From assembly GCF_018350175.1 (NCBI RefSeq), contig NC_058368.1:96784001-96848000 (forward strand): a DNA stretch of 64,000 nucleotides, written 5' to 3'. A model generated the notes under the pieces. It was given only the letters and a program-made list of their open reading frames with translations. It was not told where the DNA came from and did not search any database. The translations under genes and the position numbers were made by a program. Below, one piece after another: positions 13,474 through 25,472 of this stretch. Source of the DNA: Felis catus (Eukaryota). The stretch's first letter is position 1; each line of letters opens with the position of its first letter.

Positions 13474-14061
13474 AATAATCAACTAATCAGAGAGAAGACC
13501 ATGGAATCTACCTTCACATTCAAGTCTACTCTCCAAGTGATAGCATTTCAGAAAGAAAAATAAGTCTGGAGAATGTGGTTATACTCCCTGATTTTAGAAG
13601 TCAGGAATATGAGGCGCCCACTAATTTTGGCTTTTCCAGAAGCAGATAATCTTACATCTGCCATGTTATGTTCCATTTTCCGTTTTGGTGATGGTGCCTC
13701 CGAGTGAAATGTGTATGTACTTATGAATTTAAGGGAGGGGGGAAAAACCCTCAGGACTGCAGTCTTACCATATTTACAATGAAATAAAGACCTTTGTTTT
13801 AATTAGAGGACTCCAGCTACTGAATGCAAGAGCATAGCTATTTGCAAATTACTAGTTTCTCCAAAGAGACTCTTATTTGGAAGCAAACTGTCAGTCAAAC
13901 ATGATATTATTATCATATTATGTTGGGAGTTCATGTCATTCAAAACTGATTTTTCAGTACATCCGTAAAAATCGAAGACCAGTTTTCCTTTTTAAAAAGT
14001 GTGTTCAAATATCATGGTTTCACTTTGCATGTAAATAAATCCATGTTTTATAATTAAAAAA
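13474..14061 (+). pseudogene. Probable 5'-truncated processed pseudogene (CDS end plus 3'UTR) of an unidentified gene
   Basis: Non-repeat-like sequence inside an LTR; 56-codon open frame ending TAA at 13647-13649; ~410-nt AU-rich UTR-like tail; AATAAA at 14034-14039; A6 at 14056-14061. Confidence 0.55.
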
Positions 14062-14426
14062 TAGTCAATGGTATTTGGTTACAGCAACTTATATGAACTA
14101 AGACAAAAGTCATTGATTGAAACTATGTCACGTTGAACTAGCATAAGGTTTTGGTTTCAAGTTAACACATGCTTCCAAAGGCCTAAAATAGTCCTTAACT
14201 TTAGAGGCAATGTGAAGGCATCTCAGGAAGCAATGAGGGCACTGTTACAAAGAGGAAAAAATAAGGGATTAAATTGGACATTGTGTCTTGGACATGAAAA
14301 TCCCAAAGAGCAAAGTGTTAATTAAGTCCCGAAAAAGGGAGTGTTTTCAGGCAGTCCAGAGCCCTCACAGGCTCACCTAAGACAGAGCAGGAACATTACA
14401 GGAGAACATTAGAAATGTGATGACAG

Positions 14427-14572
14427 AGGCACCTGGGTGACTCAGTGGGTTAAACATCTGACTGCTTTGGGCTCAGGTCATGATCTCAGGGATGTGGGTT
14501 CCAGCCCTACATTCCCTCTAGCCCTTCACCTCATGTGGATTCCAGCCCTACATTCCCTCTAGCCCTCACCTC
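14427..14572 (+). mobile_element. Can-SINE 5' part with an internal ~40-bp tandem duplication; outer element of a composite insertion ending at 15155
   Basis: ggcacctgggtgactcag head; TSD agaaatgtga(t/g)gacag at 14411-14426 and 15156-15171. Confidence 0.85.
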
Positions 14573-14576
14573 CTCA

Positions 14577-14615
14577 GGGGAGGGGAGGGGAGGGGAGGGG
14601 AGGGGAAGGGAAGGG
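14577..14615 (+). repeat. (GGGGA)n/(GGGAA)n purine repeat, G-quadruplex-capable
   Basis: Eight G-runs of 3-4 with 1-2 nt loops. Confidence 0.9.
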
Positions 14616-14634
14616 AAAAAAAGAAAAGAAACAA

Positions 14635-14743
14635 GGGGCACCTGGGTGGCTCAGTCAGTTAAGTGTCTGACTTCAGCTCAGGTCATGATCTTGCAGTCCT
14701 TGAGTTTAAGCCCCACGTCGGGCTCTGTGCTGACAGCTCAGAG
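14635..14743 (+). mobile_element. Nested Can-SINE, 3'-truncated
   Basis: ggggcacctgggtggctcag...ctgacagctcagag, then an abrupt switch to a GA-rich tract. Confidence 0.9.
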
Positions 14744-15155
14744 TCAGAGAGAGACAGAGACAGAAAGAGACAGAGACAGAAATAGAGAAAGAGAGAGAGA
14801 AACAGAGAAACAGAGAAAGACAGAAAGAGGGAAAGAGAAAGAGAGGGAAACAGAAACAGAGAGAAAGACAGAAAGAAAAAGAGACAGAAAGAGAAAGGAG
14901 ACAGAGAGAGAGAGAGAAAGAGAGAGAAAGAGACAGAAAAAGAGAAAACCAAAGAGAAAGAGACAGAGAGAAAGAGACAGAGAGAAAGAGACAGAGAGAA
15001 AGAGACAGAGAGAAAGAGAGAGACAGAGAGAAAGAGAGAGACAGAGAGAAAGAGACAAAGAAAGAGACAGAGAGCAAGAAAGAAAGGAAGAAAGAAGAAA
15101 TAAAAGGAAAGAAGGAAAAGGGAAGAAGGAAAAGGGAAGAAGGAAAAGGGAAGAA
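14744..15155. repeat. Long purine-rich (GA/GAAA/GACA)n low-complexity tract
   Basis: ~410 bp almost free of T on the + strand. Confidence 0.95.
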
Positions 15156-15309
15156 AGAAATGTGAGGACAGGATCTCACAAGAAATTGAGCACCTAATTT
15201 TCTCCCCGAAGGAATTTGATGAACTGACTCTGTCAAAAATCTCAAATGTAATTACTAGTAACTGTCATTCATGTGGCTCTTTGCAACTGAACACACACAC
15301 ACTCCGTTC

Positions 15310-15460
15310 TATAAAATTTGTATCATCATCATCCCCATGAAACAGATGAGAAGCCCAGGTACTGGTGTTCAATCACTGGCCAAGGTAACCCAGTTAGTAA
15401 GAACTGGAACGGGTGACTTGAGCCCTGGTCCTGTGATGCTCTGTGCCCTGTGTTTTCCTT
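15310..15460 (-). mobile_element. MIR fragment
   Basis: atccccatgaaacagatgagaagccc...caaggtaacccagttagtaag. Confidence 0.6.
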
Positions 15461-17245
15461 TATAACACATCACACTCAATTAATTATTTGGAGGGCAGAC
15501 TTAAGGGAAGAAAGAGCCCTCCCATCTTCTGCGTCCCCTATTAAGGGTTACAGATTCTTTGGCTGGACCAGATTCAAGTTGTTCCTTTACAGTCTCAGAA
15601 GTGGTGGGGTCAGGGAGACATGGACTGAAAGACTAAACTCCTAAGGCAATGTACACAATGAAAAGCACAGGTGGAGACTTGGGGAGGGAAACAAGCTGTA
15701 CCAGTTCCCTGCAGGAGGAAAGGCTAAGGCAAGAGAGAATGCATTCCCAGAGAACTAGCAGGACTGTGGGAATATTTAGAGGAAGAGAACAACCTTTAGG
15801 AATTTTAAGCAGTTGTGCTGTGCGTTCAGGTATTAGTACATTACTGTAGTAACCGGATTTTTTTTTATTACTGCTACAGTTTTGGGCAGGTGTGGATGTA
15901 CTTACTTACTCATTTTCTTATTTATTTTATTCTTACTAGACTGCTAGTACATCGACACCATGCTAAGAATGGACCACACGGCTTCCAGGCTTATGTGGGT
16001 TTCATCTGTCGGATGACTGCTATAGTCTAGTGCTGATGGTAAAATATAAAAGCCAATATTGGACAATTTTACCTAAATACATAGAATTACATTAAAAATG
16101 GGCAAGTATATACCAAACCAAAGTCTCCAGTCTTTTCTTCACCAATACACTCTAACTTCAGTCAAAATCAATGACCTTTCGTTCCTTAAAAGCACACTAG
16201 ACCTTTCTGGCTTTCTATCTTTGCTCTCTCATCCTTTTGGGAATAGCTTCCAGTGCTTTTCCAGATGACCATCACCTATCATCAACAGAGCTCTTCTCTG
16301 AAGAGCTCTTTAATTCATTCATTCATGTTCATTTTACAGGACTTCACTGCATTCTGAAGGTTGCACCAAGCACAAGATGCCAATATTTAAAGATGCTTCC
16401 TATTTAGAGAGATACTAGGTACATCTGGAAGATAAGGAAGAACCAAATCCATTTTAAAAGTAACCTACATAAAGTAGATACCTTGAGACCTGCAGATAGG
16501 TGAATATTCTTTAAGTGTTTTGATCACTTCCACTGAGTATAAAGCAGCTGGAAAGATGATGCAAGGGCTCACCGGGTGACTGTTCAAGCAAGATGATTTC
16601 TAGCCTCAGCCATTTAGAAAAGAAGCAGGGAATTTGGGAAGATTGCCCAGCAGGCCCCAAGGAGATGTTTCTACTTTGAGACTGTAAAATGGATTTGGAT
16701 ATTACAAATTTAATTGTAACCTTCATTTCAGAGTCACCTCCTGACCATGGATGTTGAAACAATTGGTCTTATCTATGAGTTTAGCCAGACAAGGTCTTAA
16801 TGGTAACAGGCAATTGAATGTTCCCTAAGCACATTTTGTAACTTTACACCAGGTCAGAAGTTGACTTATTTGAAGTAACAGGTTGAAAATTCAATGCTCT
16901 TTGACCTAGAAAAACATGAATGGTGGAGCCAACTCACCAATGACAATAGTGAGATGCTCTCTTGAAGTCCTTCAAGGACTTCAGTGGATCCTTGTCCAAT
17001 GTCACACTCTCCTCTGGGCTTCATTTCTTCTGGTCTAGTGTGTGACAGTCTATGGATTTCCATGCAGCAAACAAGGACTATAGCCTCTCCCCTATTGTAC
17101 TTTGAATATGGAATCACATGTTTAATCCCAGAAAGGCAGCAAACTTCCTTTTAGTTAACTGTTGAAGTCCACATAAGATGATATGCATAGGAGTTCCTTA
17201 AAAATAAACCAATATACAAGGGATATTTAGATGTAGAATCTAGAC

Positions 17246-17452
17246 TTTTTCTAAATTTATTTTGAGAAGGAAAGAGAGAGCGCACATGCATGAAGATGAG
17301 GGGCGGAAAAAGAGGGAGAGAGAATATGTCAAGCAGGCTCTATGCAGTTAGCTCAGAGCCCGATGTGGGGATCAAGCCCACAAACCATGAAATCATGGCC
17401 TGAGCTGAAATCAAGAGTCGGACACCCCATGACTGAGCCACCCAGGTGCCCT
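17246..17452 (-). mobile_element. Can-SINE
   Basis: Antisense element; TSD agaatctagac. Confidence 0.93.
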
Positions 17453-19309
17453 CAGAATCTAGACATTTGTGAATAATGAATATGCACTTTGGTGAAGGGA
17501 TTATAAATAAATACCTCTATAAATACTATTTTTTCCAGGAAAGGTAGAATATGAATCTGGGACATATTTGAATTTAAGATTGTTTTTAACATGGTTAACT
17601 ATCTTTATTTCAGTTAAAGTATAGTTGCCATTTTATTGCTACATTAGGACTTTAAAGTGGTAGTTTGGGTTAAAAAAGATATAGACACATTATAGATATC
17701 ATTTATTTGTTACCCTTGCCCTCTGTCATCTACTTGTACATTAAACTGCTCAGTGGTTATCTTCTATTTCTTCTCCATTTCTTTGAGCTTCGGTTCCAGG
17801 AAGAAAAGGCGAGTAAAAGGCAAAGAACATTCATCAAGTCAATTTTTATCCCTGAAGATTTAAGGAAGAATTATACTTTCCACCAGCAAATGTCCTTTGT
17901 AACTAGCATTCTAGATATTTGGAAAAGGATAATAAAACAGGACCACAAAAAAAAATGCCCCCATTCAAATCTGTTGTAAGTAATTTGGAATTATTTGGGA
18001 CTTTAATATTTATGCTGCTATGTACATAGGGAAAAAAAAGTATTTCCAAAAATCAACAGTATAATTTCTGCATGGGAGGGTAATTTGAGAAACCTACAAA
18101 TTTACAATGAGCATGTATAATTTTTAAATTCGGGTAAAAAGCAGTAATTCTTTTTGTTGGTTTTTTTTTTTACAGAACACATTACTTCCATAAAAGACAG
18201 AGATTTTGTGTCCTTTGTACAACTGCTGCAACATAGAACTAAAATTTTACTTGATTCCAAAACATGTGCGTTCCTTTCAAATTTAATAACTAGCATTTAT
18301 GACAGGATCTACTTTAAGGAGAAAAAGCAGCTCAATTTTGCCTTGGAGAAACAAAGTAGGTTTTTTCCACAGACAAAATGAGTGTAATAAAATCCAAATG
18401 TTTTAAGAGATGAGTACAGTGTTCATGATAAACAAAACACCCAAAGTCATCTTTAAAGCAAGTAGTTTCAAATCATACAGTATACGTAACAACCAGTTGA
18501 AGACGTTTTACTCAAATATAATTTAACACATGCAGTCAATCCTTTCCAGCAAAAATAAATTTTACCTAGAATCACAGATAGGACATATATAATTATTTTG
18601 ATACTCCATTATGGAGTGATCAATTCTGATCCTTTCATTGGTAATATAAACACCCAAGAAAATGATGCTAGAGTAACATAACTTTCAGAGGATCTTCAAA
18701 GCTTCCAATCAAGGGAAATGACTTGCATGTTGAAATGATTACAATTAGTCTCAGTACTCACACTTCTCCAAATTCATCACAAGAAAAATGCAACTTCAAT
18801 AAATTTCAAACAATATTGACTTTGCTAATGGCCAAAGTGTTTCAAATCTTCTAAATGAGAGACACAGTGTCCCAACAATAGTCTGGCTGGCCTTAGTGAT
18901 GCCACCTGGATTCACATCAATGGTATGGAAAGCTCTAAAGCTGTTCTCTTTCATGGTTTTACCAAACTTGCAGCACAATGAGAATGCCCCCTGGTTGGTA
19001 GACATATAATGTTCATGTTCATGGTAAAACACGTCCAGGACAGGAGTCCCCCTGAAGACCTCTCTTGCTGGGTTCCTTAATTCCAGAGGCACAAAACTAC
19101 ATTTGCCTAAAGATCTGATGGGAAAAATTATGAAGCCGTAAACACAGCATTTCCTTCTGTCACACGTTGAGCACAATATCCAAGAAATGTGAGATCACAG
19201 ATTTCTGTTCCAGAAGTATTGTGCGTGGGAAAGGGAAGGTAAAAGAAGAAATTGGGGTACAACGATGGCAACAAGGTCTCAGAAATTTTAAGTATTGTCT
19301 AAGTTAACC

Positions 19310-19450
19310 TTCCCAACAGCTTTAGGAGGTAAATGCCATTACTTACCGTTCCAATTTTATGGAGGAAGAAAGAGAGCCAGAGAAGGAGGAGAGGTTAGCA
19401 ACTAGCAGAGCTCAGTTTAAACCTAAATCTAATACCATAGTCAAAACCCT
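19310..19450 (-). mobile_element. MIR fragment
   Basis: caacagctttaggaggta...caattttatggaggaagaaa...agagaggttagc. Confidence 0.55.
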
Positions 19451-20053
19451 GATTAACTGTTCCACCTTTTAAGACACTCTACACAGCACCAGTATTTTTC
19501 TGTAAACAGTACTTTAGAGATCATTTTGTCCTAGGGAAGCTCGGACTATAAAATGTATGTCTAGGGTATGGACATCTCTGTGAAACCTCACTCTCCCTCA
19601 GATTACTCCCCTGCCTCAGTACCTAGCAGAACGGAGGAAGGAATTACGGTGTCATTTCCACCAAGTTTATAGGATCAGGACCATGGAGATGGACAAATAA
19701 CTTTTTCTGTTACTCCAAGTAGCTCCTAAAACTGCGGGAGCCATTCTAAAGACTCAGCTTTGTCATCGGTCTTGCACAGCCCACCTAGACGAGAGAAGGA
19801 GGTGGGGTCAGTCACTCCGGAATGTCACACGGGCAGTTTGTCATAGTCCCGGGAACAGTACTCAGGTTGCGTACTTCCCAGGTACTGTCCCTCCAGTGTC
19901 TCCTTCATTTCCCCTCCATTCCAGACTTCAGGGCCCTCTATCTGACAGTACTGTACATTCTTTCATCCACACAGTGTTTACCAACAGGGAACTCGGGTTT
20001 GTGTGTGTTTGTTTTTTAAATAAAGCTACTTCACTTAAGAATATGCATTTCCA

Positions 20054-20240
20054 GGGGTGCCTGGGTAGCTCAGTTCGTTAAGCATCCGACTTCAGCTCAG
20101 GTCATGATCTTGTGTCCGTGGATTCAAGTCCCGTGTCAGGTTCTGGGCTGACAGCTCAGAGCCTGGAGCCTGCTTCAGATTCTATCTGGGTCTCTCTTTC
20201 TCTCTCTCAAAGAGAAAGTATAACATAAAAATAACTAAAA
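20054..20240 (+). mobile_element. Can-SINE with a shortened CT region
   Basis: Head and body; degenerate TSD aagaatatgcatttcca/aagagtatctaattcca. Confidence 0.92.
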
Positions 20241-20479
20241 AGAGTATCTAATTCCAGCTTCTCTTACAAAGGAGGACAAAGAGGAAGAGGAGGTGATGGA
20301 GACCCAACGGATCCGATGAGGCATTTCTGTATAGCATCAACTCACAGAACAATGGGCATGAAGTCTAATCCACACCAGCTGCTGGCCCTGCCCACTACAG
20401 CTCAAGTATATGATGTTCCCTTGGTGACTCCATGGGTAACATTCTTACTGGAGATTAATCTAAGAATATCGTGGGGGTC

Positions 20480-21013
20480 AATCATGCTCTGGATCAAGTA
20501 TTCCTACTGGCTTCCCAGGGACAGAATAGCATGTACATCCTATGGCCTTGAGCTTCTCCTGGCCATGAATTCACTTTGGCCAAGGAAATGTGAGGCTAAG
20601 TAGCCTAAAATACATTTTTCCCCATTTTTCAAGTTTTTCATTTTATTGATTATGTAGATTCTATTTAGGAGTCTCAACAGCCAAAATTATATTAAAACAT
20701 ATACTCTGATAATCTCTACGACAAGTCTGCCTAACCTCTTTCCTGTTGCAAGTAACTACTTGTATTCTTTTCAGTTTTAGTGAGAAGAAGCTTGAAATGT
20801 CGGGCTGTGATTCACCCTCCCTTCTTTTCCTTTTGCTAGGCTGAAGAACGGCTTGCTCTAGGAGACTACACCCAGGAAGAAAGATGATGCAAAGCAGAGC
20901 ACACAGAGGACTTCCATGGGTATTTAATGTGAGAGAGAAATAAACCAGTGTTTTAAGCGGAGTTTTGGGAGCTGTTTGTTACCCTTATAATCTACCCTGT
21001 CTTCATTATTACC
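20480..21013 (+). mobile_element. Old MaLR LTR (MLT1H/I/J-like) remnant
   Basis: ggccatgaattcactttggccaaggaaatgtgag...atgtgagagagaaataaaccagtgttttaag...tgtttgttacc. Confidence 0.6.
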
Positions 21014-21240
21014 ACCATGTGAAGAGTGGCCAATAATGCCACGTTTACAAAGCCAGCCACCTGCCACCTATGGAGTTAGCTGGTTTACCATTATGGTGCA
21101 GATAAAGTGGCCTTGAACTTGAAAAGGGAGGGAGCAAGGGAGAACAAAGCAGTCCCTACCATGTTGTCTACTTAGCACAGAATTCTTCCACATGTTACTG
21201 AAACCTTCATGGAGATTTTGGTATAAAACAAGCTGGCCTC

Positions 21241-21470
21241 GGAGCGCCTGGGTGGGTCAGTCGGTTAAGCACCCGACTTCAGCTCAGGTCATGATCTCAC
21301 AGCTCATGAGTTCAAGCCCTGTGTTGGGCACTGTGTTGACAGCTCAGAGCCTAGAGCCTGGAGTCTGCTTCGGATTCTCTGTCTCCCTTTCTTTCTGCCC
21401 CTCCCCCACTCACACACAGTCTCTCTCCCCTTTAAAAATAAATAAATGTTAAAAAAAAAATTTTAAAAAA
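21241..21470 (+). mobile_element. Can-SINE
   Basis: Head, body, aataaa and A tail. Confidence 0.94.
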
Positions 21471-21574
21471 ACCTACCTTATCCACTCTGGTGTAAGTTGT
21501 CACCATGCAAGTCTTAGAATATTAGACTAGGAAAAAGCATGAAGTTCCAGAGGTAGAAGGTGAGGCCAGGTTTT

Positions 21575-21775
21575 CTGTGCTGTCCAGAACAATTTCCCAC
21601 CATGCTGTAAGTGATATTCCACAATGCTATCCAGAGTAGCAGGTAGTTACATAGGGCTAATGACCAGTGGTGGCTAATGCAACAGCAAAACTCCGTTTTC
21701 AATTTTATTTCATTTTAATTAATATAAACTTCAAATATTCACATGTAAGTCATGGCTATGTGTTTTTGGACAAGG
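21575..21775. mobile_element. MER3-like hAT-Charlie DNA transposon
   Basis: gtgctgtcca...gtggctaatgcaac...aattttatttcattttaattaat...cacatgt...ttggaca, with inverted termini. Confidence 0.7.
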
Positions 21776-22094
21776 AGAAATGATTTTTCCCAACAATTAA
21801 AGTAGTATCAAGGTCCTGATTCAAAAGCAGTCCCCCTACATCTCAGTTTAGAGTGTTTCTCAAGCTCCTTCAAAATATGGGTCACATTGGCTCTTTTTCC
21901 AAGACACATATAAATAGTCCCATCTGTTCGCCTCTAGTGCTTCTGCTGCACGTGTGAACTCTCCTAGAGCTTGGTGCTAGCATCCCAAAGTAGCTTGCTA
22001 TTCTGACGTGTTCTATGCACTCATTCAAGTATGTGTTTCTGAGTAGGTCTTCTCCTGAGTCTTTGGAACATGATCTGTAAATAAGGGCCTTCTT

Positions 22095-22305
22095 GGGGCA
22101 CCTGGGTGGTTCAGTCAGTTACATGTCCAACTTCAGCTCAGGTCAGGATCTCACGGTTCCTGAGTTTGGGCCCTGTGTCAGGCTCTGTGCTGCCAGCTCA
22201 GAGCCTGGAGCCTGCTTCCGATTCCTCATCTCCCTCTCTCTATGCCCCTCCCCCGCTCACACTCTGTCTTTCTCTCACAAATCAATAAACATTTATTAAA
22301 AACTT
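22095..22305 (+). mobile_element. Can-SINE
   Basis: Head, body and tail; TSD aagggccttct/aaggactttct. Confidence 0.94.
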
Positions 22306-22644
22306 CAACAAGGACTTTCTTTATAGCACTCTAAGCCTCAGGCATTTACTTGTTACACGGGTTTTGTGTCAAGCAACACGATTTCAGAAATTCCCTAAAG
22401 TGTCCATTTATCCTTTCTTTGCATCAACACAGGTTCTAAGTACACTTTTCATCTCCCCTCTGTAACTTGCACACCTTGGTAACATGAGGTACAAAACATT
22501 TAAATTAATATAGAGAAAACCTAATAGAATTAAATTTATAACATTGCATTTAAGAGTGACAGCTCATTTGTTCTTGTGGCAGGACACTGATAAGACACAA
22601 GAGAGAAAATGGTCCTGGTGTTACCAATCTGTGGCAGAAAATAC

Positions 22645-23200
22645 CCATTACTGAGCATTTACTATGTGCACAAGTTCTGTACATTTATTTCCTTGTAATA
22701 CTCCTAAGAGGTAGATTCTCTTTATATATCCATTTTATAGACTTTCAAGAGAACCTATCCAATAAACGATGAAGCAGTACTCAAAGTCAGGGAGTGAGTC
22801 TATGCTGTCATTTCCTGGGTAAAAAAGACAAGGTAAAGATTCTTGAGAACTAAGAACCAGAAAAAAAAAATGGGTTTCTGTCCTGGATCTGTCATTATTT
22901 TCACAAAATTGAGCAAGAAACTCCACTTCACCAACCTCATTCTTTTACAATAATATTTAAGTTACTCTAGATATTCTCTAAGGAACTGGAATACCAAAAA
23001 GACTACGGATTTCAGATTTTAGTTTAAGCTAACGTCCTGCATATATCATAGGCATGTTTCTTAACGTACATCTTGTGGCGCGTAATGTTATCTGTAAAAT
23101 GGTGCAAATATTGCCATTTTATAGATTTGTTGTAAGGATTAAATGAAATACGATACTGAATGACCTGGCATGGTGCCTACCCCTCTACGGGCTCAGAATT
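22645..23200. mobile_element. Two MIR fragments (about 22645-22820 minus, 23020-23200 plus)
   Basis: ttactgagcatttactatgtgc...ccattttataga; atctgtaaaatgg...ttgtaaggattaaatga. Confidence 0.55.
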
Positions 23201-23889
23201 TTTATCCTCCCTCCCCCTGTCAGCAATAATATCCCAATATTCTAAGTGAAACTGCCTCCATGAATCATCCTTTACCTCTCAGCAAACACGAATTAACTGG
23301 AAACACTATGTGTGATCCATTTACGATCACTCCTGTACACAATGAGTAGCCATTATCTGTGCATTTGATGGAACAAAGTTTGTACCAAATCAATGCACAG
23401 ATTTCAAGGTATATCCTTTCAAAAAGGGAAAGAAAACAATTTGCAGAATAGCAATGAGGTCTTAACACCTGAACTAGGAGTATAACATCTGTCAAGCATA
23501 ATGGTGAGGGCACAAATCAACACTCCATTTTAAGTACATCACCACAGAAAAAAATGGACACCGTAAATTATATATTATTTTCAAACAACAGGGTATTTGG
23601 GGATCAAGCTATGCTTCAGAAATGGAGGAAAGTAAATACATTAAGAGACCTCATTTGCTGGCGCATTTTCACTCAAAAATTCAAGAGGATTTTTCCATGA
23701 ATGATACTGAGACACCTAGATACCCATTTATGCAATTTATATGTGGACATAGAAATAGATCTACTTGTATGTAACAAGTGAAATCAAGTTTTTACAAGGT
23801 AAATGCCCTTGTCATTTTCAAAAAAGAAGCTCTCCAAAAGGGAATACAACCTAAAATGCACCAAGAAAAAAAAAAAAAAAAAAAAAAAA

Positions 23890-24560
23890 ACACCAAAATG
23901 GACTACCTAAAACTTTTCTCCAAGTAGCCAATTTGATGAAAATTTGAGAAGATTTTGTACAGAAATTAGCAAATTGATACTCAAATCTATATAGAGATGC
24001 ACAATTTGATACAACAAAATTTGAGGACTTATCCTCCCTGATTTCAGGACTTAGTATAAACTACAGCAATCAAGATAATTTCATTTTCACAGAAAGACAT
24101 TTATTTTTTTAATGTTTATTTATTTTGAGAGAGAGAGATAGAGAAAGAGAGAATGCAGGGAAGGGACCGAGAGAGAGGGAGAGAAAGAGAATCCCAAGCA
24201 GGCTCTGTGCTGTCAGTGCAGAGCCCATCATGGGGCTTGAACCTAAGAACTGTGAGTTCACAACCTGAGCTGAAACCAAGAGTCGGATGCTTGCCCTACT
24301 AAGCACCCAGGTGCCCCAGAAAAATACATATTTAGGTCATTGGAATAGAATGCACATCCCAGAAATAGGCCCACACAAAAATCATCCATGGATTTTTTTT
24401 TTTTAGCCAGAGGAACAAGACAGATGAATGGGAAAGAGACAATTTTTTAACAAAAGATGTTCAATCAACTTGATACCCAAAAGGAAAAAAAAAAAAAAAA
24501 GAACACTGACCGTTTTCTTATACCACATAGAAAATATTAACCTAACAGTATCCTGATAGG
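23890..24560 (+). mobile_element. Old L1 ORF2 remnant interrupted by a SINE
   Basis: cctgatttcaggacttagtataaactacagcaatcaaga, tggaatagaat...ccagaaata, ataccacatagaaaat. Confidence 0.7.
24101..24317 (-). mobile_element. Can-SINE
   Basis: Antisense element with (GA)n. Confidence 0.94.
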
Positions 24561-24759
24561 TGTCACTCTCAGCTTGTACATAAGGGCAACCAGAAAGTTC
24601 CATGGTTCGCCATGTCTGAGGCATCAGAAAACCCCACAGCAGCAAGTAAAATTTATCAGCACAGAACCTTCCAGGAACCTGGCGTTAGAAAAAAGATTAA
24701 GAAGAATCAAAGGCATACTCAACAGGCACCTGCTCCTGCATTTCATTCTCACAGCAAAG

Positions 24760-24910
24760 CTGTGGGCTGGGTACCTTTATTACCCCATCTTACAAGTGCA
24801 CCTAGGAGATATGCTTGAGAACACAGGCTATGTGACCATTCACTGGTAGAGCGGAGATTTGAAAGCAGGTCAATTAGACTCTGTGGCCACTTCAGGACCA
24901 CACTACACCG
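24760..24910 (-). mobile_element. MIR fragment
   Basis: ttattaccccatcttacaag...ggtagagcgggagatttgaaagcagg. Confidence 0.55.
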
Positions 24911-25285
24911 TCTTTCCAACATGATCGGGTTCTAAGCAAATGAAGGAATATGTTCATTTACTAAAGACCTTTCCGTGAGGACAAAAACATTTGGTATCTT
25001 TTCCCCAAACCAAAAGAAACAGTTAATATCACTGTACTCCTGACTACTCACAGAGGATCTGAACCGCTATGAGCTATAATTCTCTGCTCTGCACCAGACC
25101 AACCGGAGGTCACAGGCAGAACGTCTACAAAAGCTGCTCTCGTTCTCAGGAAACTTAAACATTTCCTCTCACTCTGTGCGTTGCCTGGGTTTCATTTGAG
25201 GATCACTAAATAGGTGTTTTGAACTAGAACCTGCAGAGTCATTTGCTGCTCATGGGTTAACAGATCCAATAGAAAGAGTCAAACA

Positions 25286-25472
25286 GGGGCACCTGTGTGG
25301 CTTAGTCGGTTGAGTGTCTGACTTCAACTCAGGTCATGATCTCACAGTTCATGAGTTCAAGTCCCATGTCGGGCTCTGTGTTGACAGCCTGCTTCAGATT
25401 CTGTGTCTCCCTCTCTCTGCCCCTCCCCCACTCATACTGTGTCTGTCTCAAGAATAAACATTAAAAATAAAA
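25286..25472 (+). mobile_element. Can-SINE with a small internal deletion
   Basis: Head, body and tail; TSD aagagtcaaaca/aagagcaaaaca. Confidence 0.93.

Larger units (their letters stand above)
12934..14105 (+). mobile_element. MaLR MLT1(A/B-like) solo LTR split in two (12934-13243 and 14063-14105)
   Basis: Starts tgctattgtctgaatgtttgt, runs to gaactgtgagaagtaaattgctgtt, resumes agtcaatggtatttggttacagca...actaagaca. TG...CA termini; 5-bp TSD agagt/aaagt. Confidence 0.85.

Noticed and set aside
14535..15245. Longest ORFs (220 aa R/E/K-rich on +; 179 aa S/L/F-rich on -)
   Set aside because: They are translations of SINE and GA-rich low-complexity DNA that lacks stop codons by composition.
16938..17034. 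Minus-strand exon-like segment with TTG/gtgagt donor
   Set aside because: The body resembles a MIR core and the acceptor is weak.
18154..18381. + strand exon-like ORF after ttttttttttacag (EHITSIKDRDFVSF...)
   Set aside because: Its start resembles an L2 3'-end motif (ccataaaagacagagattttgtgtcctttgt), the donor is weak and no protein is recognisable.
18796..19176. 126-aa minus-strand ORF
   Set aside because: Non-ATG start, no recognisable domain and no convincing splice boundaries.
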